A stretch of 63,882 bases of DNA, the filler included, from Octopus bimaculoides (Eukaryota): assembly GCF_001194135.2 (NCBI RefSeq). It is 6 parts of 5 records of this genome, joined end to end, with 100 filler letters (N's around TTAATTAATTAA, not from the genome) between each part and the next. Parts side by side here need not be neighbours in the genome. Positions count along the whole stretch, not along the records: positions 61,618 to 63,882 come from NC_068991.1; 5 more parts are not named here. One strand, written 5' to 3'. The position numbers and the translations under genes are program-made. Below, piece after piece: positions 63,431 to 63,882 of this stretch; the stretch's first letter is position 1; each line of letters starts with the position of its first letter. The notes beneath the pieces were generated by a model that saw only the letters and a list, made by a program, of their open reading frames with translations, did not search any database and was not told where the DNA came from.

Positions 63431-63652
63431 CAAAGATGGGGAGATCACAGTTGGATTGAATTCGATCATAGATCTGTCTGAACACTGTACACGTGGGACT
63501 AAACTCCCAGTAAGTTCACTACATTACCACCACCATTACCAGCATTTTGTTACGCTTTAAATATGTGGCCTAGTGGTTACGGTGTTGAACTTATGCTCGT
63601 AAAGTCGTGAGTTCGGTTACTGGACTGTGCAGAGCGTTATGTTCCACGAAAC

Positions 63653-63692
<40 letters not shown>

Positions 63693-63882
63693 TATAAATT
63701 GCAGTGTTCTTGATTGCTTGATTGATTGATTGAGTGTCGGCAGATTCACTCGAGAACGGTGCAGTGGAATCGTGTGAAATTCAGCACAGAGCGGCAGCAT
63801 GATCCGCTCATGTTCAGGAAATTTTTGTTGCCCTCCAACTCCTATGGTTACCGAGGTAATCGATTATTACTTTTTAAGATAG

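Overview
AT-rich, microsatellite-saturated eukaryotic DNA, almost certainly an octopus (coleoid cephalopod) genome; this is inferred from the SINE families and repeat landscape, not from a database match. The window is not one contiguous locus: five fixed N44-TTAATTAATTAA-N44 spacers join six segments of roughly 8-11 kb (the first is at least 21 kb), so adjacency across them is unproven. Content: dozens of copies of at least four SINE-like families; a near-full-length decayed Tx1/L1-clade LINE (26.7-31.6 kb); three Penelope-like elements (PLEs); two R4/Dong-type RLE retrotransposon 3' fragments; an RTE endonuclease remnant; a Tc1 transposase remnant; three MITE-like elements; two intact divergent tRNA-Pro genes plus a truncated copy; and one good orphan 70-nt exon candidate. 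Most ORFs in the supplied track are microsatellite or N-gap artefacts. The most interesting signals are (1) a family of minimal type I hammerhead-ribozyme motifs (3 copies, each with a purine-purine pair at the base of stem II), two of which sit as inverted termini of a truncated PLE insertion; (2) a ~1 kb foldback built from mirrored ~66-bp subrepeats; (3) a 209-bp near-perfect hairpin; and (4) a frame-preserving 69-bp degenerate triplication.
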